NCBI GenBank assembly: GCA_022646745.1
Contig: CP060262.1
Coordinates: forward strand, 1,470,001 to 1,502,000
Origin: Planctomycetales bacterium
Lineage (GTDB): Bacteria; 4484-113; JAFGCY01
Reading direction: 5' to 3'
Length of the DNA: 32,000 nucleotides
The notes under the pieces were generated by a model. The model saw only the letters and a list, made by a program, of their open reading frames with translations. It ran no database searches and had not been told where the DNA came from. Within the stretch, counting starts at the first letter, position 1, and each line of letters begins with the position of its first letter. Shown here piece after piece: positions 7,870 to 15,148 of the stretch. Made by a program: the position numbers and the translations under genes.

Positions 7870-8528
7870 TCCGCCTGCGCTGATTCCGCTGCGGGCTTCT
7901 TCTTCCCGCTGCCGACGCGGCTTTCCGTGCCGTCGAGGATGCGGCGGATGTTGCTGCGGTGCGTCCAGACCACGAGCAGGGCCACCGGGATGCCAAACGC
8001 CATATAGGGCCTGAGCGCCGGCACCGCCACTGCGAGGATGCCCACGCTCAGTGCCGCGAGGATGCTGCCGACACTCACCATGCGTGTTGTTGCCAGCGCG
8101 AGCAGGAACACGCCGAGCGGCGCCAGCACCCATAGCTGGTAGAGCGCGATCAGCACGCCGAGGCTGGTGGCGACGCCCTTGCCGCCCCTGAACTTCAGCC
8201 AGGGGGTGAAGGTATGCCCAAGGATCGCGGCCAGGCCGGTGATCAGCAGCAGCCAGGCGCGGCCGCTGATGGTCAGCCCCGGCGGGTTGACCGTGTCCAT
8301 CAGGCGCCCAGCGAGTAAAACGGGCAGCAGGCCCTTGGCCACGTCCAGCAGCAGCACGGTGAGGCCAGCCTTCCAGCCCATCACGCGCCAGACATTGGTC
8401 ATGCCGATGTTGCCGCTGCCATGTTTGCGGATGTCCATGCCCCCAAGCCGCGCAACGAGCCAGCCGAAGGGCAGGGATCCGCTCAGGAACCCGGCGAGCG
8501 CCAGCACTGTCAAGTAATATAGGGGCAC
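7863..8528 (-). CDS. plsY: Glycerol-3-phosphate acyltransferase PlsY.
   Basis: Motifs: GSGNIGMTNVWR, GHTFTPWLKFRGGKGVATSLG and WTHRSNIRRILDGTE. I place the start at GTG 8528, at the onset of the PlsY-like sequence (VPLYYLTVLALAGF). The longer track ORF, running to 8705, overlaps the PP2C gene and is Ala/Ser/Gly-rich. A TATACT hexamer lies 6 nt upstream of this GTG. Confidence 0.88.
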   Translation of the reverse strand: MPLYYLTVLALAGFLSGSLPFGWLVARLGGMDIRKHGSGNIGMTNVWRVMGWKAGLTVLLLDVAKGLLPVLLAGRLMDTVNPPGLTISGRAWLLLITGLAAILGHTFTPWLKFRGGKGVATSLGVLIALYQLWVLAPLGVFLLALATTRMVSVGSILAALSVGILAVAVPALRPYMAFGIPVALLVVWTHRSNIRRILDGTESRVGSGKKKPAAESAQADQ

Positions 8529-8534
8529 GCGGGA

Positions 8535-8542
8535 AGTATACT
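8535..8542. promoter_or_regulatory. Palindromic AGTATACT giving a TATACT -10-like hexamer on both strands between divergent plsY and the PP2C gene.
   Basis: On the minus strand, TATACT is followed by 6 nt and then the plsY GTG 8528. On the plus strand, TATACT (8537-8542) lies upstream of the PP2C ATGs at 8575 and 8581, with GGAG at 8568-8571. Confidence 0.4.
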
Positions 8543-8574
8543 CCGTGTGGCTGGCCGCTTGCGGCCCGGAGCAG

Positions 8575-10176
8575 ATGCAGATGTCTTGGAACCCGTTCAG
8601 GCGCAGGGATGATGAGGAGCCGGCCCAGGAGCCCGCTGCACATGATGCCGCGGCTGCCGCTCCGTCCATGCCTGCCGATGACGACCCGACTGACCCGCTG
8701 ATCAATGTCGCAAGCTACCGCGAGGAAAGCGAGACCATCCAGCGCTGGGACGGCATGCGCCTCGATCGCGTCAGCATCGGGGCCGGGGACGGCGCTGGTG
8801 GATTCCTCAAGCTGGTTCTGGAGCAGGGCGGGGCGGTCGCAGACGCATTGCCGGGAATCCTGCTGGAAGGCGGTGCACTGTTCGGCCTGCGCGACCTGCT
8901 GGCTGACGACAGGTCCGTACTCAGCGCAGCGATTGAGCCGGTGGATGTCAGTTTCCGCGAATTCTCCGCGGGCATCGAGTCCGGCCAGTTGCGCGTCCGC
9001 GTACTGGACATCCTCGTTGCGATGCATGACCTGGCGACCGGCTTCGCACGCTGCGAAGCAGGTGGGCTCGGCTGGCGACTCAATGCCGACGCACTGGGTT
9101 TCTGCCGCAGGCTGGACACTGCACCGGCAGGCTGGCAACTGCGCTTCTCGGGCTTCGGCGAACTGCAGCCGGGTGAGCCGGCTGATGCATCGGAGATCGT
9201 CACCCTGCTCCGGCCGCTGGTTGACAGTTTGCTGTCAGAACCGAAACTGCTGCCCGCCGGAAGCATCGCCACTGGACTGGACAGGCTGCTGGACGGCCTG
9301 CAGAACAATGACGGCCTGAGCCTCAGCAAGCTGGCAACGGAGATCCAGCGCAGCCTGCACCAGCTGCAGCTTGCCGGACATGCCACCACTGACAACGGCA
9401 TGCGCCGCCAGCACAACGAGGACGCCTGGCTGATGCTGGAGATGCGCCAGCACAGTGCGATCGGCAGTTCACTGTGCATTGCCGCGGTGGCGGACGGGAT
9501 GGGCGGGCATGAAAGCGGCGAGATCGCCAGTTCGCTCGCGCTGTCCATGCTGCGCCAGCAGCTGCAGACCGCCCTGACGGCTCCCAGCACCCGGCCGCAG
9601 GACACCGGTGTGCTGGCAATGCAGCTGGCAACGATCATCCCCGGCATCAACCGCGCGCTGATCGAGCGCTCGGCGATCGACCAGGCACTGACCGGCATGG
9701 GCACCACGCTGTGCGGCTTCGCGATGCTCGGCTCCGGCAGCACGCTCAGCAGCGACACGGCTGCGGGCTCAGCGGTGTTCAATGTCGGTGACAGCCGCTG
9801 CTACCTGGTCACGGCACGGTCACTGATACGGATCACCCGCGACCACAGCTTCGTGCAGGAACTGGTTGACAACGGTAGTGTAGACCCGGATGAGGCCTTC
9901 GACCATCCGCGCAAGAACGTGATCACACGCTGCCTCGGTGGCGACGGGCTGGAGATCCAGGCGGACATCTACAGCTTCCGGCCCGGGCCCTGCGAACGCC
10001 TGCTGGTCTGCAGCGATGGCCTGAGTGATGCGCTGCGTGACAGTGAGATCTCCGCCGTGCTGGCCGCCAATGCCCAAGCCGGCCTGGCGGTCACCGCCCA
10101 GGCACTGGTGGATGCCGCCAATGCGGCTGGCGGGCCTGACAACATCACGGTGCTGCTGCTGGACTGCCGGCTCTAG
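8575..10176 (+). CDS. PP2C-family Ser/Thr protein phosphatase with a ~270-aa N-terminal domain of unknown function.
   Basis: The C-terminal half carries PP2C/Stp motifs: NEDAWLM, VADGMGGHESGEIAS, GMGTTLCG, FNVGDSRCYLV, ITRDHSFVQELV, VITRCLG, LLVCSDGLSDAL and GGPDNITVLLLD. The start is ambiguous among GTG 8545, ATG 8575 and ATG 8581. GGAG at 8568-8571 favours 8575 or 8581. Confidence 0.88.
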   Translation: MQMSWNPFRRRDDEEPAQEPAAHDAAAAAPSMPADDDPTDPLINVASYREESETIQRWDGMRLDRVSIGAGDGAGGFLKLVLEQGGAVADALPGILLEGGALFGLRDLLADDRSVLSAAIEPVDVSFREFSAGIESGQLRVRVLDILVAMHDLATGFARCEAGGLGWRLNADALGFCRRLDTAPAGWQLRFSGFGELQPGEPADASEIVTLLRPLVDSLLSEPKLLPAGSIATGLDRLLDGLQNNDGLSLSKLATEIQRSLHQLQLAGHATTDNGMRRQHNEDAWLMLEMRQHSAIGSSLCIAAVADGMGGHESGEIASSLALSMLRQQLQTALTAPSTRPQDTGVLAMQLATIIPGINRALIERSAIDQALTGMGTTLCGFAMLGSGSTLSSDTAAGSAVFNVGDSRCYLVTARSLIRITRDHSFVQELVDNGSVDPDEAFDHPRKNVITRCLGGDGLEIQADIYSFRPGPCERLLVCSDGLSDALRDSEISAVLAANAQAGLAVTAQALVDAANAAGGPDNITVLLLDCRL

Positions 10177-11840
10177 CTGGCGAACACCGCGATCCGCGCA
10201 GCCGAGGGGTCGCTGACATAGAGGTAGCCCGTGGCCGGGTCATAGGCCAGGCCGGTCGGGCCCTGTGCCCCGAACTCCACATTCAGCTGGCCGTCACTGC
10301 CGAACTGGAAGCTGTACTCGCCGCTGCTGTCAAACACGCTTACGCGTCCCAGCGATGGCTCGCTGACGAACAGGCGGCCGGTCACATCAGCCACAACATC
10401 CCATGGCGCAGTGAGTGTTCCGTTGCCAGCAGGGCGGGCCAGTTCAGCGGAAGCCGCGAATTCATTGTCGAGCAGCAGCACACGGTCATTGCCAGTATCG
10501 GCCAGCGCCATGCTGCCATCGGGCAGCAGCAGCAGGCCGGATGGCCCGGACAGCACCAGCTGTGCATCAAGCGGGTCCAGCGGGCTGTCAAGGTAGACGC
10601 CGAGCGGGGTGAAGGTCGAAAGCAGGTTGCGTCCGCCGTCCAGCGCCACGATCCGCTCACCGTCGCAGCAGATGCCGCTGAGCAGCCCGAATTCACCGGG
10701 GCCGCTGCCAGCGGAGCCGAACTTGGAGCGGAACTGCAGTGCGCTGTTCAGGCGGAACACCTGGCTGTAGCCATTGTCACAGAGGTACACTTCGCCAGTG
10801 CCGGGGTCGATTGCCAGCGCAGCCGGCTCACGCATTGCGGCACTGCCCAGTTTGTCAATCCGGTGCAGCAGGCGGCCGTCCTCGTCGAAGGCCAGCAGGG
10901 CCGGATCAGCTTCGTCGCAGACCAGCAGGCGCCGGTTCTCAGCATCAAACAGCAGGCTGCCCGGTGCATCAAGTTGCGGGCTCGTGATCTGGCGCAGCAG
11001 GTCGAAGTCCACCGCCTGGCTGGCCAGCACTGCTGACAACCCACTCTCGATGCCGTTGTCACGCAGGGCAGTGACAGCATACTCGTATGACCCAGCAGCC
11101 GGCAGGATGTCCGTATGGCTGCCGGCCTGCAGCAGTTCCTCATTGAGCTTGCTGAAGGAATCCTCTCCAGCCGCACGGCGGTACAGGTTGAAGCCCGTTG
11201 CACCTGACACGCTGTCCCATTCGAGGCGGCGCAACTGTGTGGAAGCGGCGCTCAGCCGGGGTGCCGGAGGTGCCGCCAGCGGGTACTCCACCGGCAGCGG
11301 GCTATACAGCGCATAGCGCCCGAAGTTAGTGATGCTGAAGGAGAGGGACAGGCCATCCTCCGCCAGGCTGGCGGACAGGCCGGCCTGTTCGTAGCGCTGG
11401 CTGGACTCATTCCAGGACTGCACATCGAGGGGTGTTGCCAGTGGCCAGGCACTGGACAGCAATAGTTCGATCTCAATGCTGCCATCCAGTTCGACAGGGA
11501 TGAACCGGCCCTGCACGGCTGAGGTCGTGGCATTGCCGTCATCCGGAGTTGCCACCGGCGGGGCGGGCATGCTGCCGCTGATCTCGAAGGAGATTGCCAG
11601 GCTGCGGCCCTCCACTCCCGGCAGGCCGCGGTCACCTTCGCTGCGGTCGCGCAGCGCGATCTCGACATCGTCAGCCAGGGTGCCAGGCTGGATGATCGCC
11701 GTGATCCGTCCACCGTCACTCTCAAGCCTGGTGACGGTCTGCTCCTGCGGGCTGAATTGCACATAGCGTGCGCCGCCACCGCAGGCAGCCAGCACAGATG
11801 CCAGGGCCGCCAGCGCGGCCCACAGGCTCAATCCCCTCAT
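10173..11840 (-). CDS. Lipoprotein with a central fibronectin-III-like domain and a C-terminal NHL-repeat beta-propeller.
   Basis: The signal peptide has a canonical lipobox (LASVLAAC-GGG). The FN3-like segment reads RLEWDSVSGATGFNLYRR...YEYAVTALRDNG. There are repeated NHL-like blades (VYLCDNGYSQVFRL, LFVSEPSLGRVSVFDSSG, LYVSDPSAARIAVF). A GGAGGG SD lies immediately after the fliL stop, 6 nt before ATG 11840. Confidence 0.8.
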   Translation of the reverse strand: MRGLSLWAALAALASVLAACGGGARYVQFSPQEQTVTRLESDGGRITAIIQPGTLADDVEIALRDRSEGDRGLPGVEGRSLAISFEISGSMPAPPVATPDDGNATTSAVQGRFIPVELDGSIEIELLLSSAWPLATPLDVQSWNESSQRYEQAGLSASLAEDGLSLSFSITNFGRYALYSPLPVEYPLAAPPAPRLSAASTQLRRLEWDSVSGATGFNLYRRAAGEDSFSKLNEELLQAGSHTDILPAAGSYEYAVTALRDNGIESGLSAVLASQAVDFDLLRQITSPQLDAPGSLLFDAENRRLLVCDEADPALLAFDEDGRLLHRIDKLGSAAMREPAALAIDPGTGEVYLCDNGYSQVFRLNSALQFRSKFGSAGSGPGEFGLLSGICCDGERIVALDGGRNLLSTFTPLGVYLDSPLDPLDAQLVLSGPSGLLLLPDGSMALADTGNDRVLLLDNEFAASAELARPAGNGTLTAPWDVVADVTGRLFVSEPSLGRVSVFDSSGEYSFQFGSDGQLNVEFGAQGPTGLAYDPATGYLYVSDPSAARIAVFAS

Positions 11841-11851
11841 CGCAGGCCCTC

Positions 11852-12757
11852 CTATGAACTGACGATGTTGGGCAGCAGCACCTCGGTCACGCGGCCGTAC
11901 TGCTCGCCGATGATGTCATTGATCTTGATGCGGATGTTGTCCTTGAACAGGTCCTTGCCGCTCGGGCGGATGAAGTCGTCGGACACCGTGCGGGCGATCT
12001 CGTCGATGATCATGTCGCGGATGCGCGACTCATTCTCCATCAGGCGGATCTCCATGATCGAGCGCGGCTTCTCGGGCAGCTCAGGCATCTCCGGCGGCGG
12101 GGCTTCCTTCGGGGCGCCGTGCATCGCAGGCACGACCTCCACCCCGTCCGTGCTGCCGCCGGCAGCGTTGACGACCTCCGTGGCTCCGTCAGCCGGCGCA
12201 GTGTGCTCCTCCAGGCCTTCCTCCGGTGGCAGCGAGGCATGTCCGCCCTTGCCTCCGTCCTTCGGGTTGCCTTCCTCGTCAAGCCCGAGCTGGTAGTTGC
12301 GGTAGAGCTGCACGCCGCTGTCGTACTTCTCCATCATCGCCTCGTAGACCTCCCACTCGTGGCGGTCATACAGGCTGTCAACCTCGAGGATCACGTTCAT
12401 CTGAACGAACTCATTGTCAGCGGTGTTCGTCTTGAACTCGCCGAGCTCGTACAGCACGCCCTCTGCCGGGACCACGAAGTTGTCAGGGGAGTCGCCATGC
12501 TCAGCATGCCCGTCGTCGGCATGCGCCGCGTCCTCCTCGCCCGGCACGGCCAGGGTGCCGCTGTCCTCGAGCTTCGACTTCAGCCCGTTGAGCTGCATGA
12601 ACAGCAGGGCGCTGAATGCGATGGCCGCCACCGCGACCGCCAGCGAGGCTATCATCATCAGCGGTGGCTTCCCGCCGCCACCGGCGGCCTTGCGGACCTT
12701 CTTCGCAGGCTTGCCCTCCTGCACCTCATCAACATCAATTGCCTGATTGTCAGCCAT
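11852..12757 (-). CDS. fliL: Flagellar basal-body-associated protein FliL, with a long acidic/Gly/Pro-rich internal insertion.
   Basis: The topology is a short basic N-terminus plus a single TM (PPLMMIASLAVAVAAIAFSALLF). FliL-like blocks are VLYELGEFKTNT, FVQMNVILEV and ESRIRDMIIDEI...LFKDNIRIKINDIIG...VTEVLLPNIV. It is adjacent to motAB. A GAGAGGG SD lies upstream of ATG 12757. Confidence 0.75.
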   Translation of the reverse strand: MADNQAIDVDEVQEGKPAKKVRKAAGGGGKPPLMMIASLAVAVAAIAFSALLFMQLNGLKSKLEDSGTLAVPGEEDAAHADDGHAEHGDSPDNFVVPAEGVLYELGEFKTNTADNEFVQMNVILEVDSLYDRHEWEVYEAMMEKYDSGVQLYRNYQLGLDEEGNPKDGGKGGHASLPPEEGLEEHTAPADGATEVVNAAGGSTDGVEVVPAMHGAPKEAPPPEMPELPEKPRSIMEIRLMENESRIRDMIIDEIARTVSDDFIRPSGKDLFKDNIRIKINDIIGEQYGRVTEVLLPNIVSS

Positions 12758-12825
12758 ACAAAATGCCCTCTCTTCCGGGGTTCAACTCAACAGTATCTAT
12801 AACCTGCAGTTTTCGAACATGTGTC

Positions 12826-13137
12826 CTATTTCGGTCCCGCTTTATAACCGTGGAATTCCTTCAGCGTGTCGTGGTCGAGGATGTACACGCGGTTCTCGCT
12901 CCTGATCCGGTTGCGGTACTTCGGCGTGTTCGGCCAGTACAGTTGCCGGCTGCTGTCAGCAACATAACGGTAGTCGTCAATCGTAGTGTGCCCGGTGCTG
13001 GCAACGTCCATGAAATTCTGGCCAAACCCGGTGCCTTCCCCAGCTGGGCAGCCCCAGGCCAGCAGCGCGACCAGGCAGACCGGCAGCAGCATGATGGCCA
13101 GCCTGAACCAGGTCCTGCCGTACCATGCCTCAGCCAT
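12826..13137 (-). CDS. Small exported protein or possible lipoprotein (~104 aa) of unknown function, between motB and fliL.
   Basis: ATG 13137 lies 1 nt after the motB stop (13139-13141). The N-terminal hydrophobic signal is WFRLAIMLLPVCLVALLAWGC, with a non-canonical lipobox-like LAWGC. The mature part is hydrophilic. The longer track ORF, running to 13224, overlaps motB. Confidence 0.6.
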   Translation of the reverse strand: MAEAWYGRTWFRLAIMLLPVCLVALLAWGCPAGEGTGFGQNFMDVASTGHTTIDDYRYVADSSRQLYWPNTPKYRNRIRSENRVYILDHDTLKEFHGYKAGPK

Positions 13138-13138
13138 C

Positions 13139-14071
13139 TCAGTGCCCCGCCCCCAGCTCGTGCACCGGTATCCCCGGGCTGGGCTGTGGTCCGACAAGCG
13201 GCCCGGACGGCTCCTCCGCGGCATCCACTTCCGGCTCGTTGTAGCCCCGCAGGATCACGATCTCCACCCGGCGGTTCGCGGCCCGGCCGTGCACGCTGTC
13301 ATTGCCCTGCAGCGGATGGGTGTCAGCATAGCCGGCCACACTGACCTTGTCCCGCGGCAGGCCGTTGGCGATCAGGAGCCTGGCAACGCTGGCTGCTCGT
13401 GCGGCGGACAGTTCCCAGTTGCTCGGGTAGCGCGCGCTGGCAATCGGCCGGTCATCCGTGTGGCCCAGCACCTCGACGGAATTCGGCAGGCGGTTCAGTT
13501 CGGCACCCAGTGCGGCCAGCACCTCACGGAAACCGGGCTTCATGTCGGCGCTGCCGCTGTCGAACATCAGCTGGTCGTCAAGGAATGTCAGCACGATTCC
13601 CCGCTCGGTGAAGCGCATGCTGACACGCTCATCGTGGCCGAACTCCTGCATGATCTGCTCACCCTGCTGGCGGGCCTCGTTGTCAAGGATGTCACGCAGC
13701 TTCTCCAGCAGTCCCTCATCCCCGTTCTCGCCCTCCATGATGCGGCGGAAGCGGAAGATCTGGATCGGGGTCTGGTGCTCCGGGAACAGGATCGAGGGCG
13801 ACTCTCCGCCACTGATCGTGCCGATGTCAATCGGTGTCGTACTGGCGTCCTCCCCGATGCTCACCTCGGGATCGAGCGATGTGCTCTTGCGGTTGGCACC
13901 CATGCCGTTCGTCATGCTCTCCGCCAGGGCCTTGAACTTCTCCATCTCGATGTTCGACATCGAGAACAGGATGATGAACACGACGGTGAGCAGCGTGATC
14001 ATGTCTGCATAGCTGATCAGCCAGCGCTCATCGCCGCCTTCATTGCCTTGTGGTGCCTGTGGTATGTACAC
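13139..14071 (-). CDS. motB: Flagellar stator protein MotB (OmpA-like peptidoglycan-binding C-terminus).
   Basis: The N-terminal region WLISYADMITLLTVVFIILF contains the conserved channel Asp. The OmpA-like C-terminus reads VEVLGHTDDRPI...SNWELSAARAASVARLL...VAGYADTHPL...NRRVEIVIL. GTG 14071 is preceded by GAGGAG at 6-nt spacing. Confidence 0.9.
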   Translation of the reverse strand: MYIPQAPQGNEGGDERWLISYADMITLLTVVFIILFSMSNIEMEKFKALAESMTNGMGANRKSTSLDPEVSIGEDASTTPIDIGTISGGESPSILFPEHQTPIQIFRFRRIMEGENGDEGLLEKLRDILDNEARQQGEQIMQEFGHDERVSMRFTERGIVLTFLDDQLMFDSGSADMKPGFREVLAALGAELNRLPNSVEVLGHTDDRPIASARYPSNWELSAARAASVARLLIANGLPRDKVSVAGYADTHPLQGNDSVHGRAANRRVEIVILRGYNEPEVDAAEEPSGPLVGPQPSPGIPVHELGAGH

Positions 14072-14097
14072 GTATCACTCCTCGCGTGCTTTCCCCG

Positions 14098-14898
14098 TCA
14101 GCCTTCCTGCTTGACGTGGGAACGCTCCTTGGGCGGCAGGAATGCCGCCAGCTTCTCCTGCACGATGCGCGGGTTGTCACCGGCCTGGATTGAGAGGATG
14201 CCCTCCACCATGATCTCGCGCACGAGCACCTCCTCCTTGCTGGCGTTCTTCAGCTTGGAGGCCCAGGGCAGGAACAGTGCATTGGCACTGCCCACACCGT
14301 AGAGCGTGGCGATGAAGGCCGCTGCCACCATTGGCCCCAGGGAGCCCGGATCTGACAGGTTTGACAGCACGAGCACGAGGCCCATCACCGTTCCCACGAT
14401 CCCGAAGGTCGGGGTGAAGCCCGCCATAGTCTCAAGGTAGGCCGCGCCGACATGGTGGCGCTCCTCCACGAACTTGATGTCCGTGTGCAGGATGTCCTTC
14501 ACCAGCTCGGTGTCGTTGCCGTCGATCACGAGCTGCAGCCCGTTGCGCAGGAAGGGATCCGTTTCGTTGTTGGCATCCTCCTCCAGCACCAGCAGGCCTT
14601 CGCGGCGCACCTTCTCGGAGAATTCCACGAACTTCTTGATCACCGGGATCGGGTCAACCTTGGGGCGCATGAAGCACTGCATGATCACCTTCCAGAGGTT
14701 GATCGAGGTCGCCAGCGGAAAGGCCACCATTGTCGCCCCGCCGGCCCCGCCGAACACGATGCAGGCAGCGCTGATCGCCATCAGCTGCGTCGGTGTCCCG
14801 CCCTCGATCGAGAAGCCTGCAAACACTCCGCCGAAGCAGATCAGTACTCCTACAAGGCTTGCAATATCCATTGCCGTGAGCCATCCCGTGGATTCCAC
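14098..14898 (-). CDS. motA: Flagellar stator protein MotA.
   Basis: It is a 4-TM protein of MotA length. Motifs: MDIASLVGVLICFGGVFAGF and AAAFIATLYGVGSANALFLPWASKLK. It lies directly upstream of motB. GTG 14898 has GGGAGG 4 nt upstream. An alternative start is ATG 14871. Confidence 0.9.
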   Translation of the reverse strand: MESTGWLTAMDIASLVGVLICFGGVFAGFSIEGGTPTQLMAISAACIVFGGAGGATMVAFPLATSINLWKVIMQCFMRPKVDPIPVIKKFVEFSEKVRREGLLVLEEDANNETDPFLRNGLQLVIDGNDTELVKDILHTDIKFVEERHHVGAAYLETMAGFTPTFGIVGTVMGLVLVLSNLSDPGSLGPMVAAAFIATLYGVGSANALFLPWASKLKNASKEEVLVREIMVEGILSIQAGDNPRIVQEKLAAFLPPKERSHVKQEG

Positions 14899-14934
14899 GA
14901 CGCCTCCCGGCAGCCGGCTCGAGCTGCCCGATGG

Positions 14935-14942
14935 ACTATACT
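14935..14942. promoter_or_regulatory. Overlapping divergent -10-like hexamers: TATACT (+, 14937-14942) for the 36-aa ORF and TATAGT (-, 14935-14940) for motA.
   Basis: The + hexamer is 6 nt from ATG 14949. The - hexamer is 36 nt from the motA GTG 14898, which has a GGGAGG SD. A CTGACG -35-like hexamer lies 16 nt upstream on the minus strand. Confidence 0.4.
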
Positions 14943-14948
14943 GATCGG

Positions 14949-15059
14949 ATGCGGATCGTCAGGAATACCCTGCTCTACATCCTGATCGCGGTCGTGGTTG
15001 CTGGGATATTTAACGGCTGCTGGTACGTGTTCTTCAGCAACTGGCGCCACTTGCTCTGA
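14949..15059 (+). CDS. Candidate 36-aa single-TM small membrane peptide. It is not in the ORF track because it is below the size cutoff.
   Basis: Hand translation gives MRIVRNTLLYILIAVVVAGIFNGCWYVFFSNWRHLL followed by TGA 15057-15059. Third codon positions are G/C-rich, like real genes here. A TATACT hexamer (14937-14942) lies exactly 6 nt upstream of the ATG. The same geometry is seen at plsY, deoC and mscS. There is no SD. Confidence 0.45.
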   Translation: MRIVRNTLLYILIAVVVAGIFNGCWYVFFSNWRHLL

Positions 15060-15148
15060 TTAGATGCATATTTGACCGGCGCTGGCCTCTGCGCGCATTC
15101 CCGTGCCGGATTGCTCCGGCGCAGTGCTTAACCAGGAATTGACAACGG

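Noticed and set aside
5902-9782. Shadow ORFs 5902..6546 (-), 6501..7430 (+), 7816..9138 (-, 440 aa) and 8715..9782 (-, 355 aa).
   Set aside because: They overlap nuoL, nuoM, plsY and the PP2C gene in other frames or strands. Their translations are low-complexity and Arg/Ala/Gly/Pro/Ser-rich with no recognisable domains. The competing frames carry unmistakable family motifs.
12986-14302. 438-aa + strand ORF across motB and motA.
   Set aside because: It is antisense to two genes with clear MotA and MotB motifs. Its translation is a low-complexity, Arg/Ala/Gly/His/Gln-rich sequence with no start-site support.
13139-14898. The possibility that motA/motB are really exbB/exbD or tolQ/tolR.
   Set aside because: The B subunit has a full OmpA-like peptidoglycan-binding C-terminus (NWELSAARA...NRRVEIV) and is 310 aa. 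The A subunit is MotA-sized with four TM segments. fliL is in the same cluster. ExbD and TolR lack the OmpA domain.
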